Positions 38,190 to 49,051 of a stretch of DNA of 64,000 bases are shown here, piece by piece. The stretch spans positions 328,722 through 392,721 of the forward strand of contig CBFHTA010000001.1 of the NCBI GenBank assembly GCA_965658655.1. The letters run 5' to 3'. The notes beneath the pieces were generated by a model. It did no database searches and was not told the DNA's origin. It saw nothing but the letters and a program-made list of their open reading frames with translations. This stretch comes from Candidatus Babelota bacterium. Its GTDB lineage: Bacteria; Babelota; Babeliae; Babelales; CAIQNR01. Positions within the stretch are counted from its first letter, which is position 1, and the number at the start of each line of letters is the position of its first letter. A program made the translations under genes and the position numbers.

Positions 38190-39644
38190 CTACTGGTTGT
38201 TTTCAAAATTCTTGCTTTTGACTGCTGCTAAAAAAGGGGATGACCCCTCCTTTTCAGTGTCAGTTTTTTTGTTTTTGATTTTGTCTACGTAACCTTCTTT
38301 ATTAACCTGTCGTTCACGCGCAATGGCGAGTGCACCTTCTGGGACTTCTGTGGTTATAGTAGACCCAGCTGCAGTGAACGCTTTCTTTTTAATAGTAATT
38401 GGGGCAACCAAAGTATTATTGCTTCCAATAAAGGCTTCATCTTCAATTCGTGTTCGGTATTTACCAGTACCATCGTAATTGCAGGTAATGGTTCCAGCAC
38501 CAATATTTACTGAGTTGCCAACAACTGCATCACCCAAGTAACTTAAGTGTTTTGCTTTGGAATTTTTTCCGACAGTACTTCGTTTAATTTCTACAAAGTT
38601 GCCAACAGAGGCTCCATCTTGCAGTATAGAATCTTGCCATACATGTGCGAATGGGCCAACTTCTACTCCAGAGCCAATAGTGGTATCAGAAACAATAGTA
38701 TGAGCATGAATAGTGGTGTTGTCTGCTATGCATGTATCTTTAACTAATGAGAAAGCACCAATAGAGCAATTTTCTCCTACGATGGTTGATCCAAGCAGTT
38801 GTGCTCCAGATTCAATAGAGCTTCCTGCACCAATAGTTACACCGCGATCAATCTGCACGTTGTGAGCAATAGAGAATCGAACACCGTGGTCCATCCAGTA
38901 TTTTACAATTTCTGCTTTAAGAATTTGCTCTGCAGCCCATAGTTCTTTAAATGTATTGATTCCACGAATCTTATCAAAAGCAGCAGTGGTTGTTCCTACA
39001 GCAAGTTTTTCATCACTGGCTATTTTAACTAAGTCTGTAATGTACCATTCATTAGTTACAGAACTTTGTGTGAGTTTCTCCATGCTTTTTTCTAAGAATG
39101 TTCTCTTGATTAAATATACACCAGCATTGATAAAGCAATTTTCGGTTATGTCACCAGTGAATTCTTTTGCTTCTACAATAGAAATAGAAGTGTCATCTTT
39201 AACTACTCGGCCATAGTTTCGAGCAGTAGGTTCACAATTATGAGAAGTTACAAAACTTATTGCAGCGTCTTGTTCTTTATGTTTTGCATACAATTCTTCA
39301 ACAATCTCTGTTGTTACTAAAGGCATATCGCCGTTCATAACAAGAATGTGATCTTTTATCCAGGTTGGTTGGGAGGTTTTTATGGCGTCTCCGGTTCCCC
39401 GTTGTTCGGTTTGCTCAACAAAAAGGACAGAGTCTTTAAAGTGCTTTTCGATAGTTTCTTCCACAAGTTCTTTTTGGAATCCTACTACCATGGTAACTGG
39501 AACATTGAGTGAGGTAAAAAGCTTTGTAGGGTATACAACCATTTCTTGGCCGCATAACTTTTCTATTAGCTTTGTTTTTCCTGTTTTAAACCGAGATGAT
39601 TTTCCTGCGGCTAAGATAACTGCTTGGACATCTTTGAGAGCCAT
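38190..39644 (-). CDS. glmU: Bifunctional GlcNAc-1-P uridyltransferase / GlcN-1-P acetyltransferase
   Basis: ILAAGK..R, EQRGTG, NGDMP, YGR, EWYITD, GNFVEIK, KAKHLSYLGDA, GAGTITCNYDG. Confidence 0.97.
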   Translation of the reverse strand: MALKDVQAVILAAGKSSRFKTGKTKLIEKLCGQEMVVYPTKLFTSLNVPVTMVVGFQKELVEETIEKHFKDSVLFVEQTEQRGTGDAIKTSQPTWIKDHILVMNGDMPLVTTEIVEELYAKHKEQDAAISFVTSHNCEPTARNYGRVVKDDTSISIVEAKEFTGDITENCFINAGVYLIKRTFLEKSMEKLTQSSVTNEWYITDLVKIASDEKLAVGTTTAAFDKIRGINTFKELWAAEQILKAEIVKYWMDHGVRFSIAHNVQIDRGVTIGAGSSIESGAQLLGSTIVGENCSIGAFSLVKDTCIADNTTIHAHTIVSDTTIGSGVEVGPFAHVWQDSILQDGASVGNFVEIKRSTVGKNSKAKHLSYLGDAVVGNSVNIGAGTITCNYDGTGKYRTRIEDEAFIGSNNTLVAPITIKKKAFTAAGSTITTEVPEGALAIARERQVNKEGYVDKIKNKKTDTEKEGSSPFLAAVKSKNFENNQ

Positions 39645-39831
39645 GGATACTCCCTCTCTTTTATTATATAAACAATACGATACACTAGTTTTTGAATTTT
39701 AAGCTATCATAAAAATGTTGGGGCGTCTAAAATCTTACCTTTTGTGTTTCTATCAAGCTTGACTAACACTAGCAACTGTTTACTCTATATACACTATAAT
39801 TACGATGTATTCTAATCATGGATAGTAAGTT

Positions 39832-41073
39832 ATGACAATAAAACAGGTAGTACTGGTAATATCAGCTTTAGTGGCAACTTCTGATGCGTACGCAATGGCA
39901 ATCAATAACCGTTACTTGCCTTCGTATACGCAACCTTTTGGAAGAACTCTCGATACTCGTTCTCATATGCATGGAAAACTCTTTTTTATGACTGCAGACA
40001 AAGCGTTTGCGCGTTCTGATGAGGAAAGAGGAATTCCTGAGGTTTGGGGAAAATATGATCAGCGATTAGCTAGTGATGTACTTCTTTCGATGGGGATTGT
40101 TAATCCCGCAATATTACTTGCTCAATGGCAAGCTGAAAACAAAATAATATGGGAAGTAGATCAGAAGATTGAAGCGCAGGGTTTTTCATTTGATGGTGAG
40201 TGGAATATAGGTCGCGGAATTTCTTTTGGTGGATCATGTGCTTTTATGCGTGCTAATTCTAATTTAACATTTTCTATTCCGGTTGTTACACGAAGAGATA
40301 TGGGTTTAACCACTCCTCAAGAGAATCAGCTTGATCGTCAACGGCGAGATATGAACAAATTAATTGGAATTACAAGTACTCAGTGGAGTAACACAGGATT
40401 TTCTGACGCACAATTGTATGTTCGTTGGGGAAATGTATGGGATTACAAACTTAAAAGTCGAGAAGTAGATGCTGGTATTAAGACAGGTGTTTATTTTCCT
40501 TTAGCTGAAAAACGAGATGAAAATAATCCGGCTTCAATTCCGTTTGGTTCAAACGGATTGTACGGAATTTTCTTTGCAGGTGACCTTGCGTTGGAGATCA
40601 AAGAAGATTGGACCTTCGGAATGGCATTGCAATTGAGTAAGCATTTTACTCGCATACAAATCCGTCGTTTGCCGGTAAAGAAAGAAAATTATTTATTTGG
40701 TGGAACTACAGGAAACGTTAAAGTTGATCCCGGAGTTACTTTTCTTTGGAATCCTTTTGTAAGGTTGGGTGATTTGCGTGATGGGTGGAGTGTGCATGTT
40801 GGTTTCACTTTAACTAATCATGCAGGTGATGTATGGACCGATAAACGTTCTGATAAAACAATTACTATTGATTTAAATGACATTCATAAAGTTTCAAAAT
40901 GGCAATCTGAGTACTTATCTTTATATGTTTCGTATGATCCAAGTAAAATAACAAAAGATCATAGAATAAATCCAATTTTCACAATTAATTGGGATGCTCC
41001 AGTAAGAGTTTTTGCTGCAGAAGAGGTAGCAAAAACACATAAGATAGCTTTAGGTATTGCTTTTGATTTCTAA
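39832..41073 (+). CDS. Probable outer-membrane beta-barrel protein
   Basis: Signal peptide (AYA), alternating beta strands, C-terminal KIALGIAFDF BamA-type signal. Confidence 0.7.
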   Translation: MTIKQVVLVISALVATSDAYAMAINNRYLPSYTQPFGRTLDTRSHMHGKLFFMTADKAFARSDEERGIPEVWGKYDQRLASDVLLSMGIVNPAILLAQWQAENKIIWEVDQKIEAQGFSFDGEWNIGRGISFGGSCAFMRANSNLTFSIPVVTRRDMGLTTPQENQLDRQRRDMNKLIGITSTQWSNTGFSDAQLYVRWGNVWDYKLKSREVDAGIKTGVYFPLAEKRDENNPASIPFGSNGLYGIFFAGDLALEIKEDWTFGMALQLSKHFTRIQIRRLPVKKENYLFGGTTGNVKVDPGVTFLWNPFVRLGDLRDGWSVHVGFTLTNHAGDVWTDKRSDKTITIDLNDIHKVSKWQSEYLSLYVSYDPSKITKDHRINPIFTINWDAPVRVFAAEEVAKTHKIALGIAFDF

Positions 41074-41091
41074 CATTTTTGGAGAGAGTAA

Positions 41092-42147
41092 ATGAAAAAA
41101 TGGAAAAATTTTTTTCCCGCACAACGCATTTTTGGTTTTTTTTCTAATGACATTGCTATTGATTTAGGTACAGCTAATACTGTGGTGTATGTACGAGGAA
41201 AAGGAATTGTATTAAATGAACCTTCAGTAGTAGCGGTAAAAGCTAACACACACGAAGTGCTTGCTGCAGGAACAAAAGCAAAAGAAATGTTGGGTAAAAC
41301 ACCAGAATCTATTATTGCTTGTCGTCCTATGCGAGATGGAGTCATTGCTAACTTTGAATTAACTGAAGCTATGATTCGTCATTTTATTCGTGCCGTTCAT
41401 AATGATCGTAGAACATTGGTGAGTCCTCGCATGGTTATAGGATTACCATCTGGTGTTACCCAAGTAGAAAAACGTGCGGTTGAAGAATGTGCACGTCATG
41501 CAGGAGCAAGAGAGGTATATCCTATTATGGAGCCAATGGCGGCTGCAATTGGAGCGGGATTGCCAGTGCAAGAACCAGCAGGAAGCATGGTTGTTGATAT
41601 TGGCGGTGGAACAACTGAGGTTGCGGTAATTACGCTTCAAGGAGTTGTGTTTTGCCAATCAGTGCGTGTTGGTGGAGACGAAATGGATCGAGCCTTAGTT
41701 CACTACATAAAACGTAAATATAACTTGTTAATCGGTGAACGTACTGCTGAGCAAGTTAAAATGACTATTGGTTCTGCCATGTTGAATCCAGAAATAGAAA
41801 AGATGGTTATGCCGGTTAAAGGTCGTGATCTAGTAACTGGTGTGCCTAAAACTATTAACCTTACGGGTGTAGAGGTTCATGAGTCATTACTCGAAATAGT
41901 TTCTCAAATTGTGGACGTGGTACGCGTTGCGCTTGAAAGTACTGCGCCAGAACTCTCGTCAGATCTCGTAGATCGTGGTATTATGATGGCTGGTGGGGGA
42001 TCTTTACTCTCAGGACTCGATAGATTAATTTCGAAAGAAACTGGTTTGCCGGTTAAGGTTGCGGAAGATCCATTATTTTGTGTGGTTCGCGGGGCAGGAA
42101 AAGTGGTCGAAGAGCTTGACTCATTCCGTGATGTTTTAATGAAGTAG
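41092..42147 (+). CDS. mreB: Rod shape-determining protein MreB
   Basis: IDLGTANT, NEPSVVA, RPMRDGVIA, EPMAAAIGAG, DIGGGTTE, GGG.LL. Confidence 0.98.
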   Translation: MKKWKNFFPAQRIFGFFSNDIAIDLGTANTVVYVRGKGIVLNEPSVVAVKANTHEVLAAGTKAKEMLGKTPESIIACRPMRDGVIANFELTEAMIRHFIRAVHNDRRTLVSPRMVIGLPSGVTQVEKRAVEECARHAGAREVYPIMEPMAAAIGAGLPVQEPAGSMVVDIGGGTTEVAVITLQGVVFCQSVRVGGDEMDRALVHYIKRKYNLLIGERTAEQVKMTIGSAMLNPEIEKMVMPVKGRDLVTGVPKTINLTGVEVHESLLEIVSQIVDVVRVALESTAPELSSDLVDRGIMMAGGGSLLSGLDRLISKETGLPVKVAEDPLFCVVRGAGKVVEELDSFRDVLMK

Positions 42148-42150
42148 GCT

Positions 42151-42939
42151 ATGAAAAGAAAATCGCCATCGTCTGACGGTATTACTCTTAAGAAAAAGCA
42201 TGGGCAATACTTTTTACGAGACAAACAAATTATTCTGGATATGCTTTCTCACGTTGATCTCAAAGGTAAGTCTGTATTTGAGATTGGTTGTGGAGATGGT
42301 TTTTTAACGCGAGAAATATTTTATCAAGATATAGAACGTTTATGGGTTTTTGAGATTGACCCTGAGTGGGCAAAAAAAGTTGGGCATGAGTGTATTGGGC
42401 CAAATTTTAAGATGCACATTACGGATTTTCTAGAAGTTGATCTTGAACTCCTTAAGCCTCATGCACCGTGGATTGCACTTTCTAATTTACCGTATCATTT
42501 AACATTTCCTATTTTACATCGTTTTGCAGAACATAGAGAGCTGCTTTCTGAAGGTATCTTAATGATGCAAGAAGAAGTAGCGCAGAAAATTGTTAAGAAA
42601 CGTGGTCGTGGGTATGGTTATGTATCTTTGTTTTTTCAGTATTATTTCGATTGGGAACTTCTCGCAAAAGTACCACCAACAGCTTTTTATCCTGAGCCAA
42701 AAGTATTTAGTCGACTTATAAAATTTACGGTTAAGCAAAACGTTGAACCTATTCCAAATGAAAAAGAGTTTTGGAGATTTATAAAAATTTGTTTCTCTAA
42801 CCCACGTAGAACTTTTCGTAATAATCTTATACAAACGCATATAGATTTAGAAAAAATTCCTGAAAAATACTTAGAGCTTCGCGCTCAACAAATGACTATG
42901 TCTGACTTTCTTGGTTTGTGGCAAAGCATTGGGCTTTAA
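42151..42939 (+). CDS. rsmA: 16S rRNA m6,2A dimethyltransferase
   Basis: KKKHGQYFL, EIGCGDG.LT, EID, SNLPY, MQEEVA, F.P.PKV.S, RAQQ. Confidence 0.94.
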   Translation: MKRKSPSSDGITLKKKHGQYFLRDKQIILDMLSHVDLKGKSVFEIGCGDGFLTREIFYQDIERLWVFEIDPEWAKKVGHECIGPNFKMHITDFLEVDLELLKPHAPWIALSNLPYHLTFPILHRFAEHRELLSEGILMMQEEVAQKIVKKRGRGYGYVSLFFQYYFDWELLAKVPPTAFYPEPKVFSRLIKFTVKQNVEPIPNEKEFWRFIKICFSNPRRTFRNNLIQTHIDLEKIPEKYLELRAQQMTMSDFLGLWQSIGL

Positions 42940-44208
42940 ATAGGTCATTAAAAGCTTACTCTTTCTTAATGGATTGTCTTTTCTCATACCTCTCTTAATC
43001 CGCCGTAGAATTTTTTGTGTTTTTTCTTCTTGTTTTTTTACAGAAAAATCTTCTGGGCGATAATCATAAGCAATTGTATACATTTCTTTTGTGATTTCTG
43101 GAGTAAGGATAGGTATGGCTTTTCTAAAATATTTAGATTTACCTGTTAAGAGGGCCCCGCTATATTGTCGACTATAATCAAGGGTCAGATGCCTTCTTGT
43201 GGGGGCATGTGTATTTACTGCGTGTATAAAAGAAGGAGCAAAGCTTGCTACTGGCAATGGGTCTATTGCTAGATAATGACGATACCAATAAGCGCCCCAT
43301 CTAAAGTTCCATAATTCTGAATGTCCAGAATCGGTATGTCTTTTTCTTAATTTTGTAGAAGCCATGAGTTGATAAGGATTTTCTGGCATAACTTTTATTT
43401 TATTAGCTCCGCGCAGTTTTTTAGTGAGACGTAAACGGATCTGAGTAATTTTTTTTGGAACATCGAACTCGGATCGATTAGAGAAGCGCTTTTTAACAAA
43501 AAGTTCGCGAGAAGAAAAAACGTCCATTGTTTGAATTGAATCTTCTCTTGAATAAAAATTATAAACTTTTTTGAAGATGCTATTCGAAGCTAAATAATCT
43601 GTTGCGCGTTGGATTGGTACTCCAAATAATACAAGATTATCGATAGTGAATGCATGAGGATTAAGGTTTGGATTATCGTCTTTGACTGCAGCAAGATTTA
43701 ACGCAACGCCACCTCCATAGCTATAGCAATATAAATCAATAGTTGGATTAATTCCTTTGCTGTGCAAACGTTTTTTCTCTTTTGATAATGCTTTATAAAG
43801 ATCTTCGGCGGCTTCATACCTTTTACGAATACTTAATAAACCATCCCAACCATAGGTATAGTACAATCGTTTTGGTGGGTTTTCATACAGGGAATCAAAC
43901 TGTTTATCGAATAGGTGAGTGAAAGAGATTGCTGCTGGGCTTGGAGAATCTTTAGTTATGGGATGCAATCCAAGATGTTGCATGGGCTGGCCTTGGAAAA
44001 AGAAAGGGTCTTTGCGTATTTCTTGAGCCGTTTTCATATAGACTGAATTTTCGATTTTATTTTTCATTATTTTAAATAAATTGGAAAAAGAGAATTCTAC
44101 CGGTTTAACGGTGCCGTGAATAAAAACAATCATTTTTGGTTGTTTTTGTGGGTAAAGAGAAACAAAAGAGGTTAAAAGGGTGAAAATAAAGAGTTTCTGA
44201 TACTTCAT
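42871..44208 (-). CDS. Secreted alpha/beta-hydrolase fold protein
   Basis: Signal peptide, VFIHGT oxyanion strand, YSYGGGVAL nucleophile elbow, LVLFGVP, YS.ED, HSELW. Confidence 0.7.
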   Translation of the reverse strand: MKYQKLFIFTLLTSFVSLYPQKQPKMIVFIHGTVKPVEFSFSNLFKIMKNKIENSVYMKTAQEIRKDPFFFQGQPMQHLGLHPITKDSPSPAAISFTHLFDKQFDSLYENPPKRLYYTYGWDGLLSIRKRYEAAEDLYKALSKEKKRLHSKGINPTIDLYCYSYGGGVALNLAAVKDDNPNLNPHAFTIDNLVLFGVPIQRATDYLASNSIFKKVYNFYSREDSIQTMDVFSSRELFVKKRFSNRSEFDVPKKITQIRLRLTKKLRGANKIKVMPENPYQLMASTKLRKRHTDSGHSELWNFRWGAYWYRHYLAIDPLPVASFAPSFIHAVNTHAPTRRHLTLDYSRQYSGALLTGKSKYFRKAIPILTPEITKEMYTIAYDYRPEDFSVKKQEEKTQKILRRIKRGMRKDNPLRKSKLLMTYLKPNALPQTKKVRHSHLLSAKL

Positions 44209-44497
44209 TGCGTCTATCCTTATATTGCTTTTTCTTCTAAATGGTTATACCACTTAAGAATAAGCAAGAGTAATCAGTAAAATAAAGGAAAATTTTATAG
44301 TAGACGTTTTATATTAGGAGTTATCATTTTTAGTCCTTTCTATGCTAAAAATATATAAAAAAATGCTCGTTAAGTATTGATGGTAATAAAAAAATAAAAG
44401 ATTAAGGTAGACATAAAGGAGGCCTTGCTAAAGATTGATAGAAAAACAAAAAGACAATGTTTAATCTTTTTAAAAGTATAGGCTTTAGGGAGTAGGT

Positions 44498-45154
44498 ATG
44501 CTGTTTTGTTTTATGAGAAGTTGCTGCGGAATTATTTATTTATTTGGTCATCTGTTTGCGAGTTATATTAGGATTGCACGAGGAGCATGGAGAGTTTCTA
44601 AACTTAAAAAACCAATTGTAACAATTTTTGGAGGGAGTAAATTAAAGCAATCGCATCCTTATGCAAAAAAAGCGCACAAACTTGGAGAAATGCTGGTTAA
44701 CCATGGGGTATCAGTAATTACTGGTGGCGGACCAGGTATTATGGAAGCAGCAAATTGTGGTGCAGCAGAAGGCAAGACAGAGGCGCGTACAATAGGTATT
44801 TCTGTTCGTCATCTAGCAACAGAAGATTTAAATTCTTGCTCGCAAGAGATCATTGTTGTGAAATATTTCTTTGCTCGAAAATGGTTGTTAACACATTACT
44901 CAACAGGGTTTATTGTATTTCCAGGAGGCTTTGGAACACTCGATGAATTTTTTGAGATTGTAACGCTTATACAAGTAGAGATGATGAAACCATTTCCTGT
45001 GGTGTTAATAGGTAATGATTATTGGCGACCATTGCTTGATTGGACTGAACAAGCTATTAAAGAAGGTTTAGTTATGAAGAAAGATATGGACCTTATTTAT
45101 GTGACAGATGATGTTCAAGAAGCGTTTAATTATTTAGAAGAGAAAAGAGTATAG
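44498..45154 (+). CDS. LOG family nucleotide phosphoribohydrolase (TIGR00730)
   Basis: TIFGGS, TGGGPGIMEAAN.GA, YFFARK, PGGFGTLDE. Confidence 0.93.
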   Translation: MLFCFMRSCCGIIYLFGHLFASYIRIARGAWRVSKLKKPIVTIFGGSKLKQSHPYAKKAHKLGEMLVNHGVSVITGGGPGIMEAANCGAAEGKTEARTIGISVRHLATEDLNSCSQEIIVVKYFFARKWLLTHYSTGFIVFPGGFGTLDEFFEIVTLIQVEMMKPFPVVLIGNDYWRPLLDWTEQAIKEGLVMKKDMDLIYVTDDVQEAFNYLEEKRV

Positions 45155-45200
45155 AAATAAAAAAGCGCTCTATAACAGAGCGCTTTTTTATTTCTATACT
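45148..45200. terminator. Bidirectional terminator, 24-bp perfect inverted repeat
   Basis: agtatagaaataaaaaagcgctct-ataac-agagcgcttttttatttctatact between convergent genes. Confidence 0.88.
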
Positions 45201-45204
45201 TGAC

Positions 45205-45879
45205 TTAATATCCTTTTGGTAGTCGATTTCTTAAGTTGTCGTAATCTTGGGTGAGAGCATTGAAAATATTACGACGAGTTCTTTTAAAGAGTGCTCGATC
45301 TTTAATACTTAGACGGTAAGTTGTAAAGTTAATTCCCGCTTCTGCCAAGTCAGACATTTGTAAACCACTCTTTTGGAAGAACAAAGGACGCAATAAAATA
45401 TTATTTTGAGGTGGATATTTCATTATAGCAATAACTTTATCTACATATTCTTTATGATTTTTATGATAACGTTTTTTGTAGGCTTTCAATAATTTAAGAA
45501 TCTTATTATCTTGATCTTCTGAAACTTTAATTGGTGTTCTTAAAAATTCGTTTGAACCAGCGTTTTTGAGAAAAAGTTCATCACGTATTTTATTGAGTTC
45601 CTGCAAAGATGACACTGCGTACCTTTCAGGAATCGGTTCATTATTCATAATCTTGTTTACAATTATTCTTGTTACAATTGAGTCCATTGCAAAATTGAGT
45701 TCAGAATCGAGTTGAGCTGGCAGTCTCTTAGCGAACGTAGGTGGCTGATTGTTTTCCTCATAGAATCGTTCATAATTTAGTTTATTGTTTAATTCTTTTT
45801 CAAGTACGGGACTCAGTTCACCCTTAGCTTGACCTTGACCAATTAACACAAGTCCTAAAAATAACATTTTTTTCTTCAT
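45205..45879 (-). CDS. Secreted hypothetical protein
   Basis: MKKKMLFLGLVLIGQGQA signal peptide at ATG 45879, GGAG RBS. Confidence 0.72.
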   Translation of the reverse strand: MKKKMLFLGLVLIGQGQAKGELSPVLEKELNNKLNYERFYEENNQPPTFAKRLPAQLDSELNFAMDSIVTRIIVNKIMNNEPIPERYAVSSLQELNKIRDELFLKNAGSNEFLRTPIKVSEDQDNKILKLLKAYKKRYHKNHKEYVDKVIAIMKYPPQNNILLRPLFFQKSGLQMSDLAEAGINFTTYRLSIKDRALFKRTRRNIFNALTQDYDNLRNRLPKGY

Positions 45880-45992
45880 AATACTCTCTCCATTTAGGTT
45901 AAAACTTTTCATTACCTTTATCAGGATACTAAATCCATCAAGCTAAAAACAAGAGTTTTACCGGAATGAGCCTATTTGGAGAGTGTTTGAGC

Positions 45993-47354
45993 TTATTTTT
46001 TCTTTGATCCAAAGATGAACCCAATACCGTAGCCTAAGAGCGATAACCCTAGGGTTATGAAAATAGAGTAGGGCTTAAGAAGGGGGGTGCTTTTAAAGAG
46101 GAAGAAGAGAAAGCCTAGGCCACCAAAAAGGGCGCTTGTTAGGGCAGCTTCTCGTCTTAAATCTTTAGTAATAAAGCAGAAAGCAAGAGGTATGAATAAA
46201 CAGGCGACCGAAAGCTCATAGCTGGCAATTAACACATCTATAATGTTTGGAGGTACAAAGTATGAAGCAGCTAAGGTAAATACACCGCATAAAAAGGTAA
46301 CTGTACGAGAAATATGAATAGATGGTTTTGATCTTGTACCGAGTTGAGTTGCGGCTGTGGTAATAGTAGCACTTACTGCACAAAGGAGAGAATCGGTAGT
46401 AGAGGTTATGGCTGAAAGAAGTGCACATACTGCAAATACAAATACCATAGGACTGGTGATTGCTTTAAGGACTGGAAGCAAAGGATTTACACCCTCTGGA
46501 ATTGGAATATTCATCAACTGGGCTTTAAGCCCTAGATAAAATGGAACAAAAGAAAATACCAGCAATAAAGCACTTGCGATTAATGCAGAAACAGCAGCGG
46601 CGCGATCAGACTTTGCGGCAAAGAATCGCTGTGCTAAGTCTTGTTCAATAATAGAGAAAAAAACTGGCATGCTAAAAATTTTAATTGCGTGTCCCCAAGA
46701 AAGCGTTTTATAAGACACTAAGTTTTGTATGTGTGTATAGGTTTGGTGGTTTAAAAAAGGTGTAGGGCTTGTATATAAGCTATATAAGCAAATTCCGGTA
46801 AAGACAGTAACAATCACAATGATTTGTAAAAGGTCTGCGATTACTACTGCTGCAAGACCACCGATCATGGTGTACGCTAATACAAGTGCCCAAAAGAGTA
46901 AAAAGATTATTTCATTGTTTATTCCAGCAAACGTTATGAGAACAGATTTTGCTGCAATGATTTGACTAATAATAATACCGCACATACTTACAGCAGCAAG
47001 TAATGCAGTTAATTGGTGTAAGAATGGAGACTCGTATGTTTTGTCAAAAATTTCACCGACTGTGGTTACTTTAAATCGTTGTAAGTGTGAAGCTAGCCCA
47101 AGTCCTAAAACAAGAAATCCGAGCACCATACCACCGTTGTAGAGTAATCCTCTGATTGGGTCTTGAGCGGTTCCTAAAAACATTCCTCCACCAACTTGAG
47201 TGGCAAGTAATGTTGCAACAATGGTATGAATAGATAGAGATTTTCCGGCTAAGAAATAGTCGGTAGAAGTAGTAATATTACGAGAAGCAAAAATTCCTAT
47301 GCAGCAATACCCAATAAAAAGTGTTGCTAGTGCAACTAAGAATAACGTTTCCAT
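45993..47354 (-). CDS. Sodium:solute symporter (SSS family)
   Basis: DYFLAGKSL, ATQVGGG, YTMIGGLAAV..AD, QD..QRFFAAKS, SAITSTTDS. Confidence 0.92.
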   Translation of the reverse strand: METLFLVALATLFIGYCCIGIFASRNITTSTDYFLAGKSLSIHTIVATLLATQVGGGMFLGTAQDPIRGLLYNGGMVLGFLVLGLGLASHLQRFKVTTVGEIFDKTYESPFLHQLTALLAAVSMCGIIISQIIAAKSVLITFAGINNEIIFLLFWALVLAYTMIGGLAAVVIADLLQIIVIVTVFTGICLYSLYTSPTPFLNHQTYTHIQNLVSYKTLSWGHAIKIFSMPVFFSIIEQDLAQRFFAAKSDRAAAVSALIASALLLVFSFVPFYLGLKAQLMNIPIPEGVNPLLPVLKAITSPMVFVFAVCALLSAITSTTDSLLCAVSATITTAATQLGTRSKPSIHISRTVTFLCGVFTLAASYFVPPNIIDVLIASYELSVACLFIPLAFCFITKDLRREAALTSALFGGLGFLFFLFKSTPLLKPYSIFITLGLSLLGYGIGFIFGSKKK

Positions 47355-47452
47355 GAGACCCTTTCAGAAAATATATTCTAAAAGATTACCGACTTAACGC
47401 ATTGAACGCAAGAAATGGGCTAAGCTCTAGACAGATATATTAATTTGAATTT

Positions 47453-48106
47453 TTATTCGTTTTCGCCTTCTACAGCCATTTCTTTTGCTTTGGTTTCTTC
47501 ACAGAGTTCTGGCATAGGTAAGAAAGTAAGGGATGGTGTAGATGTTGAACTTGCAGAGCTTACCGATCTTACAGAATCTACTGGGCTTATTGATTTTCTC
47601 GAGTTAGTAGCAGATCGTTTTAATCTCACTAAATCTTCAGAAAAAGATCTTTTTCTTTCAAGAGCACGATAAGCAGATTCTTTTGTAGAATTTGCGATCA
47701 TTCGATTTTCATGAATTCTTTTAGCTGCTTTTTTTCTCTCTACTTGGGCTTGATGTTTTTCTTGCATTTCTATAAATTTTGCTTGGCCAGAATACCGTCC
47801 ACTCTTCTTTTCTTCTAGTGTTTCTAGTCTTTTTTTATGATAGTCTTTTGAGCTATTTTCAAAAGAAAGAGATGAAAAAGCCCGACTTGCCGATCGTACA
47901 AGATCGTCGCCATTTTGGTTTATTAATCTGAGTTCTTCGTAAAGAGCGTCATCTTCCTCTATGTCTGGAGCTTGATGTACTCTTTCTTCTGAAAAAATAT
48001 CTTCAAGTTCAAGTTCAAGCTCAAGATCTGTCAAAGGTCTTGTATCAGCACCATAAGAAGTGATAGTTGTTATACTTAACAATAAAAAAAGTGTTGTTTT
48101 ATTCAT
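47453..48106 (-). CDS. Secreted low-complexity hypothetical protein
   Basis: Signal peptide (SYG-A), acidic N-part, basic coiled-coil, Ser-rich tail. Confidence 0.7.
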   Translation of the reverse strand: MNKTTLFLLLSITTITSYGADTRPLTDLELELELEDIFSEERVHQAPDIEEDDALYEELRLINQNGDDLVRSASRAFSSLSFENSSKDYHKKRLETLEEKKSGRYSGQAKFIEMQEKHQAQVERKKAAKRIHENRMIANSTKESAYRALERKRSFSEDLVRLKRSATNSRKSISPVDSVRSVSSASSTSTPSLTFLPMPELCEETKAKEMAVEGENE

Positions 48107-48128
48107 AATAATTGGATTTTCTTTCTAG

Positions 48129-48920
48129 TTATACTTTTATTAGTTTATTTAAATCTTTTTTAAATTGGTCGATTTTTACAAATACAATGCCGTTCATACC
48201 AGTTTTGTGAGCTTGCTTTATGTTGTGTTCTCTGTCATCCACAAAAATAATATTGTGAGGATGTTTGTTCATATCTACTGATATAAGCGCTTTTTCATAT
48301 GCTTTTTTATTAGGTTTTTGAATCCATTGGTCCGGAGCTGGAGTTACTTTGTTTATAACATTTTGTAGATGAGAAAAGTGTGCAAAATGCTGAGGGTAAT
48401 CATGCTGCAATTCTGTAAGTGTTATAGGGCCAATGTTAGAAAAAATATATTGTTTATATCCTTCATCGTGTAGTTCTTTTACCAATTGAAACATCTCTTT
48501 ATTGGGACTATAAATAGCGTTTACTAACTTATTAAGTTCAGTATACAAATGTTCATAGCCATGAAGTGCTTCAAAGTAGGCTTGAGGTATATAAGATTGT
48601 TTATCTTGTTGAGAGATAATACCACTTCTTACTTTTGAATTTAATGCAGCTTTTAAGAATTGATAAAAGAACTTTGGTTTGTTTTGTATATTCCAGATAC
48701 CAGTACGCCATAAAGCAAACCGGGGTTTGGAAAACAAACAGTCGTGTAAGTCCCACAAAATAATAGGTTTTTGTTTAGCAAATGTTTTTTGTGCATCTTG
48801 TGAGCTCGAGAAAGCCGGACTTACATAAAAAGTTTTCTCTGGTGGTGTTTTGATTTCAAAGAAGATAGCAATGCCAACCAAGGCAAAAAGAAATACACCA
48901 AATAAAAAACGAATTTTCAT
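48129..48920 (-). CDS. HAD-family hydrolase with N-terminal membrane anchor
   Basis: Start MKIRFL at 48920 (AGGGGA RBS); WDLHDCL, FSN, KP, FVDD..HN. Confidence 0.8.
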   Translation of the reverse strand: MKIRFLFGVFLFALVGIAIFFEIKTPPEKTFYVSPAFSSSQDAQKTFAKQKPIILWDLHDCLFSKPRFALWRTGIWNIQNKPKFFYQFLKAALNSKVRSGIISQQDKQSYIPQAYFEALHGYEHLYTELNKLVNAIYSPNKEMFQLVKELHDEGYKQYIFSNIGPITLTELQHDYPQHFAHFSHLQNVINKVTPAPDQWIQKPNKKAYEKALISVDMNKHPHNIIFVDDREHNIKQAHKTGMNGIVFVKIDQFKKDLNKLIKV

Positions 48921-48996
48921 TGTTCCCCTATGTTTTAACCTTACAATTAGAAATATTATACCATGTTTTATTGTTCTACCGCAAACGTTTCCTTTT

Positions 48997-49026
48997 AAAA
49001 AAATCCCCACCAAGAATAGGCGGGGA
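48997..49026 (-). terminator. Intrinsic terminator
   Basis: Minus strand tccccgcc-tattctt-ggtgggga followed by T run. Confidence 0.75.
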
Positions 49027-49051
49027 CAATTTAAAGAAAGGAGGTTCTCGT

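Noticed and set aside
45148..45200. MITE or transposon end (24-bp perfect inverted repeat)
   Set aside because: The 5-nt loop, A/T tracts and position between convergent genes fit a bidirectional terminator; no second copy or transposase was seen.
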